Part shown: positions 18,993 to 31,100 of the stretch, in pieces
How positions within the stretch are numbered: position 1 is the first letter of the stretch
Layout: each line of letters starts with the position of its first letter
DNA from: Polyangiales bacterium
GTDB taxonomy: Bacteria > Myxococcota_A > Polyangia > Polyangiales > Ga0077539
Reading direction: 5' to 3'
DNA length: 64,000 nt
Assembly: GCA_044229975.1 (NCBI GenBank)
Contig: JBGARZ010000001.1
Location: 992,001 to 1,056,000, forward strand
Notes under the pieces: generated by a model
Databases searched by the model: none
Told to the model about the DNA's origin: nothing
The model's input: the letters and a program-made list of their open reading frames with translations, nothing else
Made by a program: the position numbers and the translations under genes

Positions 18993-19511
18993 CTACTGGA
19001 TCGCCACCGCGAAGCTGCGGCTCTCGGGAACGCAGTTTTCCGCCGAGCACACCGCGAAGCGCATGCGACCGAGCACCACCGTGCGGGCGCCGGCGCGCGT
19101 CACCGGCGCGACGAAGCGGGCGACGGCCTGGGTGTGCTCGGCGGCGTCGGCGCGGCGCATCGAGGGCTTCTCGGTGGAGCCGTCGCGCACTTCGAGTTCG
19201 AGGCTCGTGGGGTACAGCTCGTTGACGTGGAAGTGACCCGCGCCGTGGAGCTCGACGGCCAGGCTGGCCGGGGCGGTCGCGTTGGCGCCGGGGGTCAGGG
19301 CGGCGGTGAGGACGAAGCTGGGCTCGGTGATCTCCTGCCGCGGACCGCTGGCCTCGGCCGTGGGAGGAGGAGGAGGAGGAGGAGGAGGAGGAGGCGGAAC
19401 GTTGGCCGCACCGGGCTCCGGGGCGACCGCCGGGGCTGGCGGCGTCGGTGCGCGGTTGCAACCGAGAGCGAGGACGAGACCGATGGGCCCGAGGAGACGA
19501 TCGACGCGCAT
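18993..19511 (-). CDS. Lipoprotein with a polyproline linker and a DsbD-N-like Ig domain
   Basis: Lipobox ALGC. Run of 12 Pro. FHVNELYP. C-terminal FAVCSAENCVP (CxxxxC). Confidence 0.65.
   Translation of the reverse strand: MRVDRLLGPIGLVLALGCNRAPTPPAPAVAPEPGAANVPPPPPPPPPPPPTAEASGPRQEITEPSFVLTAALTPGANATAPASLAVELHGAGHFHVNELYPTSLELEVRDGSTEKPSMRRADAAEHTQAVARFVAPVTRAGARTVVLGRMRFAVCSAENCVPESRSFAVAIQ
19363..19392. repeat. (GGA)10 trinucleotide microsatellite, read as CCT Pro codons
   Basis: Ten perfect GGA units counted directly. Confidence 0.95.
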
Positions 19512-19645
19512 GATGGGCTCTGAACCTCTGAGGGTGGGGCGCTAGTTCGTACGGCCGTCACCTACCATGCGCGCGGCGACGCCTGCCAGCGGCGGGACGT
19601 TCTCAGTGGAGCCGATGGGCCCCACCGCGGTATCGCTCTCGATCG

Positions 19646-20229
19646 ATGTCGCCCCGGGCCCGGCTCTCCCTCGCACCGCTCGCGCTCGCCCTGGCGCTCG
19701 GCGGCTGCGCAGCCGCTCCCCGCTGCGGAACCTCCGTCGGCGGCGCGACCCTCCGCTGGGCCGACGCCCACCTCGACCCGGCCCGCTCCATCGTCACGCT
19801 CCCGCTCGTCTCCCAGGCCCCCTCCGCCCTCGACCCCTCGGCCGCGACGGTGCTTCTTCGCTTCGACCCGACGTCCCTCGGCGATGCCTCGGCCGTCGAC
19901 CGCGCCGCCCTCGTCCTCATCCCCTCCCCCGCCACGCCGCGAGAGCGCTGCGTGCTCTTGCGAGTGCGCGCCGTCGACGAGCCCTGGTCGGTCCCCGCGG
20001 TCTCCCGTGGCGAGCTCCCGGCGCTGTCGTCCGACGGGGTCGCCGAAGTCACGTTGCCTCCACAGCGGGTGCCGGTGCGCGTCGACGTCACGGCCCTGGT
20101 GAGGTCGCTCGGCCCGACGGGGCTCGCGCGGCGTGGCCTTGCGCTGACGGCGACAGAGGGTGGAGCGTCGTTTCGCGGATCGGGTACCCTCGCGCCCGAG
20201 GAGCGGCCCCGCATCGAGGTGTTGTTGCG

Positions 20230-20233
<4 letters not shown>
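19646..20233 (+). CDS. Lipoprotein, DNRLRE/CBM96-like beta domain
   Basis: Lipobox LGGC. LLRFD...VDRAALVL...VRAVDEPW...VDVTALVR...RPRIEV. Coupled to the downstream kinase. Confidence 0.55.
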
Positions 20234-21419
<1,186 letters not shown>

Positions 21420-21423
<4 letters not shown>

Positions 21424-22247
21424 GACCCGCCCTCCTCCTTGCGCTCCTCGTCGGATGCGCGTCTCGCACCCCACAGCCGCGCGCCGCCGCGTCCCCTCTC
21501 GACGCCGCCCTGCCCACCGTCGCGGCCACCGACGCCACGATCATGAGCGACGCCTGCGGTGCACTGCGCCCCGGCACCGCGTGTCTACCCGGCGGCCTCG
21601 CGCTCCTCGGCGCCGTCGGCAGCGAGGATCACTTCGAGCTTCGACCGCCTCGCGCCGCGCGCGTGCGCACCGTCGCCATCGACGTCACCGAGGTGTCGGC
21701 CGGCCGCTACCGGCGATGCGTCGCCGCGGGGCGTTGCTCGGCGCTCCCCGACGACGTCGCCGACGACGCGCCCGCGTCGCGCGTCGCGTGGACCGATGCC
21801 CGCAACTGCTGTGCGTTTCTGGGCGGGCGACTGCCCACCGAGGCCGAGTGGCAGCGCGCTGCGGGTGGCCTGCTCGACGACAACCGCAGCGACGAGACCC
21901 TCGGCCGCGAGCCCACCCCGGAAGGCGTGCGCGACCTCCTCGGCGGTGTCTCCGAGTGGGTCGACGACCCCGGTGATTTCTTCCCGCCGCTGCCACGTCT
22001 TCCATCGCCCGATGCCAGCGTGGGGGATGCGTCGTTCGAGGATGTTCCGCCGCGCACCGACGGCGGGCTCTTCATCGTCGACGACCCGCGCGGCCCGTCG
22101 CGCTCACCCTGGCGGGTCATCCGCGGGCGCTCGGCCACCCAGCGCATCTTCCGACTGCCCACCGACGCGCTCCCGAGCGTCGGCTTTCGCTGCGTCTACG
22201 ACCCCGCGTCACCCTCGCCGGGCGGCCCGACGCGCCCGTACTCGTGA
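21420..22247 (+). CDS. FGE-sulfatase (SUMF1-like) domain lipoprotein
   Basis: GTGA overlap. Lipobox LVGC. IDVTEVS, RLPTEAEW, DLLGGVSEWV, RVIRG, VGFRC. Confidence 0.8.
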
Positions 22248-23596
22248 AGCTTGTACTGAATCTTTCGCGGTGAGACGCCGAGGATCTTCGCCGCCTTCGA
22301 GGTGCTCCCGCCGACGGCGCGCAGCGTCTCCAGGATGGCGTAGCGCTCCAGCTCCGCGATGCTCGTGCCCGGAATCACCGGCCGCCCTTCGCCATCCTTC
22401 GCGCGCGCCACGCCGACGGTCATCGGACCCGGCAGGTGGTCGACCTCGATGCGCTCGCCGCGGCACAGCACCACCGCGCGCTCCACGGCGTGTTCGAGCT
22501 CGCGCACGTTGCCCGGCCACGGCCACGCCGACAGCCGCTGCATCGCCTCGTCGCTGAAGGCCGTGATGCGCTTGCCGTTCTCCTGCGCGTAGCGGCGCAG
22601 GAAGAAGCCCGCGAGCAGCGGAACGTCCGACGGCCGGTCGCGCAGCGGCGGCAGGTCGAGGCGAATCACGTTGAGGCGGTAGAAGAGGTCTTCGCGGAAG
22701 GCGCCACGTCGCACGCGCTCTTCGAGGTCGACGTTGGTCGCGGCCACCACGCGAACGTCCACCTTGAGCGTCTCGTTGCCACCCACGCGCTCGAACTCCC
22801 GCTCTTGCAGAAAGCGCAGCAGCTTCACCTGCGTCGCGGCAGGAATCTCGCCCACCTCGTCGAGGAAGAGCGTCCCCCCGTCGGCCTGCTTGAAGCGACC
22901 CTCGCGGCGACCCACCGCGCCCGTGAACGCACCGCGCTCGTGGCCGAACAGCTCGCTCTCCAGCAGCGACTCCGACAGCGCCGCGCAGTTGAGCCGCACC
23001 AGCGGCTCCTTCGCGCGCGTCGAGGCCCGGTGCAGCGCCGCGGCGACGAGCTCCTTGCCCGTCCCGCTCTCGCCGATGATGAGCACGCTCGACCGCGACG
23101 GCGCCACCTGCGCGACCGTCTCCAGCAGCGCCTTCATCCGCGGGTGCTCGCCGATGATGTGACCGAAGGCGTTGCGCTCGCGCAGGCGTTCGCGCAGCAC
23201 GGCGGCCTCGGCCATGAGCCTCGCCTTGTCCATCGCGCGCTCGATCACCGCCACGAGGCTCGACGGTTCGAGCGGCTTGGTGAGGTAGTTCTCGGCGCCG
23301 AGCTTGATGGCCTCCACCGCCGAGTCGATGGTGCCAAACGCGGTCATCACCACGAGCACCGTCGAGGGCGACGCCGCGCGCGCCTCCTTCAAGAGCCCGA
23401 GCCCATCGAGGCCGGGCATCTTCAGGTCCGTCAGGATGAGGTCGGGGCCAAAGCCCCCGAGCTTGCCCAGCGCCTTGAACCCGTCGGCGGCGGTCTCGGT
23501 CTCGTAGCCCTCCTCCCGCAAGATCTCCGACAGCGCCGCCCGCGCGTTGGCCTCGTCGTCCACGATCAGGATGCGCCCACGGCTCTCGGTCATCAT
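22196..23596 (-). CDS. Sigma-54-dependent NtrC-family response regulator
   Basis: REC (ILIVDD, TDLKMP), GESGTGKE, GAFTGA, LFLDE, FREDLFYRL, WPGNVREL, Fis-type HTH. Confidence 0.96.
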   Translation of the reverse strand: MMTESRGRILIVDDEANARAALSEILREEGYETETAADGFKALGKLGGFGPDLILTDLKMPGLDGLGLLKEARAASPSTVLVVMTAFGTIDSAVEAIKLGAENYLTKPLEPSSLVAVIERAMDKARLMAEAAVLRERLRERNAFGHIIGEHPRMKALLETVAQVAPSRSSVLIIGESGTGKELVAAALHRASTRAKEPLVRLNCAALSESLLESELFGHERGAFTGAVGRREGRFKQADGGTLFLDEVGEIPAATQVKLLRFLQEREFERVGGNETLKVDVRVVAATNVDLEERVRRGAFREDLFYRLNVIRLDLPPLRDRPSDVPLLAGFFLRRYAQENGKRITAFSDEAMQRLSAWPWPGNVRELEHAVERAVVLCRGERIEVDHLPGPMTVGVARAKDGEGRPVIPGTSIAELERYAILETLRAVGGSTSKAAKILGVSPRKIQYKLHEYGRVGPPGEGDAGS

Positions 23597-23649
23597 CGCT
23601 GACCGGACTCTAAACCCCTCGCGGGCCCGTGGTAGTACAGCCTCGCGTC

Positions 23650-23889
23650 ATGGACGACTCCCCCGAAGACCCGCCCGTCGTGTCCACCGGCTCCGTCGAC
23701 GAGTCCACGCTCCTCCCCGTCGAGCGCGACCGGCGCTTCCTCGTGCGCCTCGTGCTCGCGCTGCTCGTCGGCCTCATCGCCGCGTCCTTCGTCGCGATGA
23801 AGCTGCGCAGCGCGGCGGGTGCGTGCGGCGCGGGGCTCATCCGGCCGGGCAGCACCGTCATCCCGCCGCGGCCGTCACAGGGTCGGTAG
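23650..23889 (+). CDS. Small single-pass membrane protein
   Basis: Acidic N-terminus and one TM segment (FLVRLVLALLVGLIAASFV). Fills the gap between neighbouring genes. Confidence 0.5.
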   Translation: MDDSPEDPPVVSTGSVDESTLLPVERDRRFLVRLVLALLVGLIAASFVAMKLRSAAGACGAGLIRPGSTVIPPRPSQGR

Positions 23890-24774
23890 CACCTCGGTGA
23901 GCGCCGCCTGGAGGGCGCGCGCGTCGGCGTAGCGGCGAGACGGATCACGCTCCAGACACCGACGAACGATGGCCCAGGTGTTGGGCCCCAGAAGACCCTG
24001 GTCGAGCAGCGACGCGGGATCCTGCGAGGCGATCTGGAAGAGCACCGCGACGAGCGTCGGCGCGTCCTCCCCAAACGGAACGCGCCCCGACACGATCTCG
24101 TAGAGCATCACGCCGAGGCCCCAGACGTCCGCGCGGGCGTCGACCACCTTGGCCTCGGTGAAGGCTTCGGGCGCCATGTACGAGGGCGTCCCCATGATGT
24201 CGAGCGAGCGCGTGACCCGCGAGTCGGCGAGCTGCGCGATGCCGAAATCGAGCACCTTCGGCACCACCCCGTCGGGCGTCTCGGCGAGGAAGATGTTCTC
24301 GGGCTTCAGGTCACGATGGACGACGCCCGCTTCGTGGGCGCAGGCGATGGCGTCGACCACCGGCAGCACCAGCGGCGCCGCGTCGGAGAGGGTCATGCGT
24401 CGCTCGGGCACGCGCTGGAGCAGGTCGAAGAGCGTCTCCCCGCGCAGGTACTCCTGCACGATGAACACGCCCCCCGTCGGGTCGCGCCCGACGTCGATGC
24501 AGGCCACCACGTTGGGGTGCGGAACGCCCCCGCGCTGCACCCGGTTGGTCACAGGCGCCTCGCGCACGAAGCGCTGCAACGTCGCCTCTTCGCCCTCCCC
24601 GTCGCCGTGCAGCACCTTCACCGCGAACTCCCGCCCCGACCAGGTGTTGGTCGCGCGGAAGACGGCCCCCGTGGCGCCGAAGCCGAGCAGCGCGTCGAGG
24701 CGATACTTCGAGTCCAGCACCGTGCCGATCTTCTTCGCCGATTCTTGCTGGAGGCGTTCCCTGCTCGCTGACAT
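23875..24774 (-). CDS. Ser/Thr protein kinase (kinase domain only)
   Basis: LGFGATGAVF, AVK, HPNVV, HRDLKPEN, DFG, GTPSYMAPE, DVWGLG. Confidence 0.93.
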   Translation of the reverse strand: MSASRERLQQESAKKIGTVLDSKYRLDALLGFGATGAVFRATNTWSGREFAVKVLHGDGEGEEATLQRFVREAPVTNRVQRGGVPHPNVVACIDVGRDPTGGVFIVQEYLRGETLFDLLQRVPERRMTLSDAAPLVLPVVDAIACAHEAGVVHRDLKPENIFLAETPDGVVPKVLDFGIAQLADSRVTRSLDIMGTPSYMAPEAFTEAKVVDARADVWGLGVMLYEIVSGRVPFGEDAPTLVAVLFQIASQDPASLLDQGLLGPNTWAIVRRCLERDPSRRYADARALQAALTEVLPTL

Positions 24775-24825
24775 CGGGTCCTTCGCGGAGGCTGTTGAGG
24801 GGACAGAAGGGTCGGAGGCGGAGGT

Positions 24826-26886
24826 CTACTCGCTCGACCAGCTCACGCCGTACTGCGACGCGGGCGAGGCGGGCGTCGCCGCGGGCCCCGCGGGCGTCGC
24901 GCTCACCGCGGAGGCAGCGCTCACCGCGGGCCGCGGGTAGCGCGCGTTCGTGGGCCAGGCGAGGTAGCGCGGAGCATCGGGCGAGGCCACCCCCACGTCG
25001 TAGCGCAGGAGCAATGGGAGCGCGGCGCCGGGGCCGTTGCGTGAGCGCAGGCGGGCGCACTCCTCGTCGGACAGACGCTTCGGTCCCGCGACGGTGCCGA
25101 GGCTGGCGTCGGCGTCCATCAAGAGCCACGGACGATCGGGGCCCATGTTGTCGGGGTGCCACGGCTGATCGAGCAGGATGTGCCCCGCCTCGTGCGACTG
25201 CGTCCACGCCTCCCGCTCTGCCGCGATGCCCGCGCGGTCGACGAGAAACCCGTTGCCGATGGAGCCGCCGTCGCCGCGCACGAAGGCCTCGCCGATGCGC
25301 GTGCCGCGGGAGAAGCGGTTGATGACGATCATCTCCATGGTGCCCGGATCATCGTCCATCAGCGCCTTGATGAGCCCGCGCTCTTCGAGGGTTCCGGCCA
25401 CGCTGTTCTGGTTGTTGAACTCCTCGATGCCGTCGCTGAAGTCCACCACCGCGAGCTCGGCCCGCTGCGCGAGGTCGGTGCTCAGCGCCCGCCCCGGAAC
25501 GGCCGACAACGTCGTCCATCGCCCTGCGCGATCGAGCACCAGCACGTCCGCGCTCGGCAGCGCCCCGTAGGTCGTCCGCGGGTTGCTCGTCACGCGCGCC
25601 GTGTACCCGCGTGCCCGCAGCGCATCACCCACCGCCATCGCCGTGTCGATGGGTCGCCAGCCCGCGCGCGTCACGACGGGCGGCAGCGCGACGCCGTTGA
25701 CCCGCAGGCTCACCTGTCCGCCAGAGGCCCGCGCCCCGTCATCGTCGCCGAAGGAGATGAGCGTTGGCGTCGGCGGATCGACCACCCGCGCGACGTCCGC
25801 CATCGGGTCGCCCCAGGTCACGGCGCACTGCGAGTAGATCTCGTTGGCGAGCGTCACCTGCCGACGCCCGATGTCGAGCGCCGCGGCCTCCGTCGCGCCC
25901 ACCAGCGGAACCCCTCCGCTCGCCAGCGATCGGTTGCGCAGCACCAGCACCCGCGCCCGCACGCGCCGCGCCGCCCGGGGTCCGTCCTCGCGGCCGGGGC
26001 GACCCACGCGCACCTCCGTCGTCGCCTCGCCCGCCACGCCCTCGCGCCGGTAGTGCACCCGCACCCGATCGCGCAGCGCCACCCGCAGCGTCTGTGACTC
26101 CACGCCGGGCGCCCGCTGGTCGACCTCGTCGCCCACCAGCCGCACATAGCCCGAACGCCACGGCACGGCGTCCCCCGGCCGCTGCATCGCCACCTCGGCG
26201 AGGCGTGCCCGCAGCGCGCCGGGCTCGCGCGCAAACGACGCCTCGGTGCCGACGCTCTCCCAGCGCACCGACGCGCGGGGCGCGGGCGAAGGGTCCCACA
26301 CCTCGGCGCGGATGTTTTCGACGTCGGGCGAGCGCTCATCCCAGCGCGCACGGCGCGGGAGCGTGTCGTCGTTGGTCACCTGCCGCGAGAGCCCCACGGC
26401 GTCGCGGTGCGCGTACACCGGCTCGTTGTCCCCTCGCAGCACCGCCACCGCGACGACGGTCACCGCCACCCGCCAGCGCTGCGACCCGGCGACCACCTCC
26501 ACCGAGGCGTCATCGGCCGCCGTGCTCGCCGTGACCCCGACCAGCTCCACGGACGCGATGCCACGCCGCACCGGGACGTTGGCGCGCTCGACCAGCACAC
26601 CGTTCGCGTCACGCAGGCGAAGTCCACCGGTCACGCTCACTGCCACGGCGCCGGTCGGAATACCCACCACGGTAAACGCGACCCGCGACGGGTCTTCGGC
26701 GAGCACCGATTGCTGGGAGTCAGGCACGCCGTCATCGTCGCGGTCGTCGTCGGACAGGGCGACGATGGCGCGCGCGGGCGCCGACTCGCCGGTGCTCCAG
26801 CGCAGGCCGGGCGCGACCTGCGCCGAGGCGAGCGCGCTGTGACCGAGGACGGCGACGAGTGCCGCGAGGCAGGGGGCGAGACGCAT
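24826..26886 (-). CDS. Secreted protein with a C-terminal HExxH zinc-peptidase-like motif
   Basis: Signal peptide ending ASA-Q. DDDRDDDGVPD near the N-terminus. SHEAGHILLDQPWHPD followed by LLMD (possible Met-turn). Confidence 0.6.
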   Translation of the reverse strand: MRLAPCLAALVAVLGHSALASAQVAPGLRWSTGESAPARAIVALSDDDRDDDGVPDSQQSVLAEDPSRVAFTVVGIPTGAVAVSVTGGLRLRDANGVLVERANVPVRRGIASVELVGVTASTAADDASVEVVAGSQRWRVAVTVVAVAVLRGDNEPVYAHRDAVGLSRQVTNDDTLPRRARWDERSPDVENIRAEVWDPSPAPRASVRWESVGTEASFAREPGALRARLAEVAMQRPGDAVPWRSGYVRLVGDEVDQRAPGVESQTLRVALRDRVRVHYRREGVAGEATTEVRVGRPGREDGPRAARRVRARVLVLRNRSLASGGVPLVGATEAAALDIGRRQVTLANEIYSQCAVTWGDPMADVARVVDPPTPTLISFGDDDGARASGGQVSLRVNGVALPPVVTRAGWRPIDTAMAVGDALRARGYTARVTSNPRTTYGALPSADVLVLDRAGRWTTLSAVPGRALSTDLAQRAELAVVDFSDGIEEFNNQNSVAGTLEERGLIKALMDDDPGTMEMIVINRFSRGTRIGEAFVRGDGGSIGNGFLVDRAGIAAEREAWTQSHEAGHILLDQPWHPDNMGPDRPWLLMDADASLGTVAGPKRLSDEECARLRSRNGPGAALPLLLRYDVGVASPDAPRYLAWPTNARYPRPAVSAASAVSATPAGPAATPASPASQYGVSWSSE

Positions 26887-26968
26887 CGCCCTCGAACATA
26901 CCGCGGACCGTGGCGCCGACGTCATGGCGCTTGCAGACCGAGGGGGCGCGGGTGTAGCGACGCACCGC

Positions 26969-27379
26969 AGATGGAGAGGAGCGGACGCTCGCTGGCGGTC
27001 TCCCGGTAGACTGCGAGAGGAAAGTCCGAGCTCCTAAGGGCAGGATGCTGGCTAACGGCCAGTGGGAGCGATCCCGAGGACAGTGCAACAGAGAACAGAC
27101 CGCCGCCCGCCGATGAGGCCGAGCGGTAAGGGTGAAACGGTGGGGTAAGAGCCCACCGCGGCGCTGGCGACAGCGACGGCACGGCAAACCCCATCCGGAG
27201 CAAGACCCAATATGGAAGCGATGCGGCGTCAAAAACCGTGAGAGACCCATGAGCCCGGTCGATGCTTCCGGGTTGGTCGCTAGAGGCGCCGGGCAACCGG
27301 CGTCGTAGAAGAATGAGCGTCACCGCGCGGGGAGCGATCGCCGCGCGGGACAGAACTCGGCTTACAGCCCTCTCCATCT
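26969..27379 (+). ncRNA. rnpB: RNase P RNA, type A
   Basis: GAGGAAAGTCCGAGCTCC, AGTGCAACAGAG, GGTGAAACGGTGGGGTAAGAGCCCACC, GGCAAACCCCATCCGGAGCAAG, ACAGAACTCGGCTTA. P1 helix AGATGGAGAGG/CCTCTCCATCT. Confidence 0.97.
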
Positions 27380-27538
27380 CCGACGGCGCCCCGCCCACCT
27401 CGACCGGTGCGCGGGGCGTCGGCGGTTTGGGGGCCTTCCAACGGGCGGGCGGACGGTGTTACCGAGTCGCCAACCGCGGCGTAGGACGGCGCGATCCGCG
27501 CCTCCAGCACTCCCCCCCAGGAAGGACCACTCCCCCCA

Positions 27539-28165
27539 ATGCTGACCATCTACGGAAACCCGATGAGCACCTGTACCCGGAAGGTGCTCTGCACCCTCGC
27601 GGAGAAGAACGCCCCCTTTGAGTTCAGCGTCGTCGACTTCGCGACGGGCCAGCACAAGCAGCCCGCCCACCTGGCGCATCAGCCGTTCGGGCAGGTTCCG
27701 GCCATCGACGATGGCGGCTTCCAGATGTACGAGTCGCGCGCCATCTGCCGCTACCTCGACGAGACCCGCGACGGCGCGAAGCTCACGCCCGCCGACGCCC
27801 AGGGCCGCGCCGCCATGGAGCAGTGGATCAGCGTCGAGACCTCCAACTTCGCCCCCCAGGCGATGAAGATCATCGGGCAGCTCATCATGGTCGCGATGCG
27901 CGGCGGCACCCCCGACATGAAGATCGTCGAGCAGGGTCGCGAGGGCGTCACCAAGGCCGTCGTCGTCCTCGACGCGCACCTCGCCGGTCGCTCGTATCTC
28001 GTGGGCGACAGCTTCACCCTCGCGGACATCTGCTACCTCCCGTACATCGAGTACCTCTTCGCCTGCGGGCAGGGCGACCTCATCACCAGCCACGCCAACG
28101 TCAACGCGTGGTGGGAGCGATGCAGCGCCCGCCCCTCGTGGCGCAAGGCAGCCGGCAAGGCCTGA
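27539..28165 (+). CDS. Glutathione S-transferase (Phi-like)
   Basis: GNPMSTCTRKV, HKQPAHLAHQPFGQVP, YESRAICRY, YLVGDSFTLADI, VNAWW..CSARPSW. Confidence 0.92.
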   Translation: MLTIYGNPMSTCTRKVLCTLAEKNAPFEFSVVDFATGQHKQPAHLAHQPFGQVPAIDDGGFQMYESRAICRYLDETRDGAKLTPADAQGRAAMEQWISVETSNFAPQAMKIIGQLIMVAMRGGTPDMKIVEQGREGVTKAVVVLDAHLAGRSYLVGDSFTLADICYLPYIEYLFACGQGDLITSHANVNAWWERCSARPSWRKAAGKA

Positions 28166-28169
28166 TCGC

Positions 28170-31100
28170 TCACTCCCGTTTCCCGCGCTCCCGGTAGCGC
28201 GGGTCGACCATCTCCCGCGGCGGAAACACCCGCCGCGCCGCCCCCGCCACCTCCGCCACCTCGTCTGCCTGCAACGCGCGCAAGCGGTCGAGCCGCTCCG
28301 GCGTCCAGCCACGCCCGACGCCCGCGTCGCGCTCCAGGCACCACACCGCGGCGCGCCGCAACGCCGGCGACCCGCTCGCCATCCACCGCTCGGTCAGCTC
28401 GCGCATCGTCGCCACCGGGAGCGCCTGCACGCCCGCGCTCACGGCGCTCATCACGTCGTGGTCGGTCGCGCCATGCTCCACCAGCGACTGCACCCACGCG
28501 GCCCACGGTTGCGGCTCGCGCCACGCGACCCCGCACCGCACCCGCAGCGCCGTCAGCCGCGCGTCGCCCTCCAGCGCACGTTCGGCCGCGGCGCCCGCCT
28601 CCCGCCACACGGCGCGCTGTTGCAGCGGCAGCGCGAGCAGCGCCCCGACGCCCACCGACAGCGCCCGCGCGTCGTCGCGCACCGCCTCGATCATCGGGCC
28701 CAGCGTTGCCATGTCGCCCTCGTCGGCGCGGTGCATCAGCGCCGTCATCGCCGCGCGCACCTCGTCGTCGTAGGGCGATCCGAGGCGCGCGCCGCACGCC
28801 CGCAGAAACGCCCGCTCCGGGTCGCGCACCGCCAGCATCGCCGCGCGACCCAGGAGGTCGATGCGCGCCTCGGGTTCGGGGCGCTCCAGCACCTTCGCGA
28901 GCAGCGCCGAGAGGCGTCGATCGGAGGTGATGGTCAACCGATCGGCCGGGATGTCGCCCAGCCGCGACGCCATCACCCAGTCGTCGCCGGCGACCGCGCG
29001 GGCGAAGACCTCCCAGGTGGGCTCGCGCTCCAGGTGGTCCCAGAGGGCGCGCAGGAGGGCGATGCGAACGTCGCGGTGGATGGAGCGTCGCTCGACCTCC
29101 AGAAGAAGGTCGTAGGCCGACGCGTGGCGCAGCTCACCGAGGATGCGCAGCACCTCCTTGGCGACGGTGACCTTCTTCAGCGACACCGCCGCCAGCATGG
29201 TCACCACGCGCCCCGGCGGGACGTCCCGCAACGCGCGGCGCAACCCGTAGATCGCGATGCGAGCGCGCGCGTCGTCGAGGCACGAGAGCAGCGTCGGGAC
29301 ACCCTGCGCGGCGTCGCAGCGGGCCATCACGCGAATCGCCTTCTCGCGCACGGCGGGCCGGGTGTCGTCGGCCAGCGCGCAGAGCGAGTCGGCGGGCGCA
29401 AACTCGATGCGCGGCAGGATCACCAGCGCGCCAAACACCGTCGGCGTGTCGCGCTCGCGCTCACCCACGAGGTCGGAGAGGGTCCCGTGGAAGCGGGTGG
29501 ACTGCGCGGGGTTCCAACGATGGAAGCCGCGGTCGAAGGGGAGGATCCAGCGGGTCTTGCCGGTGGCGAAGCGCCCGGTGATGACGCGATGACCGAGGAA
29601 GGGGTCGAGGAGGTCCTGTCGGCGCGCGTGCAGGTAGCGGTGCACCTCGGGGAAGCACACGAGGCTCTCGTCGATCTTGAGCAGCGCCTCGACGACGCGG
29701 TCGAAGCGCGGCAGGTCGCGGGCGCGCAGGGCCACCAGCGCCGCGTGGATCTGCCCCGGCAGCCAGTTGCCCCGCGCCACGCGCTCGACGGCGGCGCCGA
29801 GCTCGTCGGGCAGCGGCTTCGTGTCCCACGCCTGCGCGAGCGCGACGAGCGATGACACCCACGCCTTGTCGTACCAGCGCCGAACCATCGTCGGCAGCGC
29901 GGCTTCGAGGCGCGATCGGTCGAAGAGCCGCAGCACGTCGGCGGCCTGCGCGGCGGAGTACTCCCACACCGACTCGGCGAGCACCGTGACGACGAGCGCG
30001 CCGAGGCCGGGCACCAGCGCCATCCGCTTGCCCACGCCGCGCGCGAGGTTGAGCAGGGGCAGACCGTTTTCCCGCGCCGCCCAGTTGCGCGCGACCTCCA
30101 TGATCGCGGGCGCCGCGACGGTGAGGTCGTCGTCCGAGAGGTGGCGGGCGAAGAGCGGGTCGTGGATGCGCCCGCGCTCCTTCACGAGCGTGAAGAGCCA
30201 GCGCGCGGCCCACGCGGGGTCGAGGTCGAAGCGGCGCACCACCAGCGCCTCCAGCAACGCGGCGGTGGTGGGCGAGCAGTCGGAGGCGTCGAGAGCGTCG
30301 CGCACCATCTGCCCGAGCGCGTCGGTGTGCTCCTTCCGCCAGACGCCCCTCGGCCACCGCAGGAGGGCCTGCACCATGGCGCCGCGCACGGGGTCTTGTT
30401 CGTTCTTGCGGGCGAGGGCGAGGGCGAGGCAGCGATCGGCGAGCGCGGGCTCATCGGGGCGCATCTCGGCGACAGCGAAGAGCGTCGTCAGCGCCGCGCC
30501 GCGCATGCCTCCCTCCGGGTGCCCGATAAACACCCGCAGCGCGCTCTCGGCCTCGTCCCACGGCAGGAAGCGCGCGTACTGGAGCCGCTGCGCGGGCCGC
30601 GTCCCCAGGGCGACCACGCCGTGCAGGTGTCGCCGGCCCTCGCGCTCGCGGTACTCGCTGGGCAGCTTCGCGACCTCGGTGATGGAGATGACCCCATCAC
30701 GGTCGCGCGCCCCTTCGCTCCAGCGGTCGTACGCGAAGTCCCTCGCGTTGACGTCGTCGATGAACCCGAGGAGCCCGCGGCCCCAGTACGCGAGGCCCTG
30801 GTCGACGATCCATTTCGGGTGCGCGCGCAGCTGATCGACCCAGGCCGCGAGCGCCGCCTTCCGTGCCTCGGGGTCGAGCCGCGAAACGAACTTCTCCGGG
30901 TCGCCCAACGCCCGCGGCGCGCGGCGCATCAGGGTGTCGAGCGACGTCGGGGAGAGCGCTTCGACGACCCGCGCGAAGAGCCCATCGGTGATCGCGACGT
31001 TGCAGCGGATCATCACCGACAGCGTGACCGTCGGGCGTCGCGCGACGAGGCGTCGCCAGACGAGCGCGGGCGTCTGGATGCCGCGCGACTGTCGCAGCTC

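Noticed and set aside
26732..27621. Several short ORFs around 26.7-27.6 kb
   Set aside because: They overlie the RNase P RNA gene.
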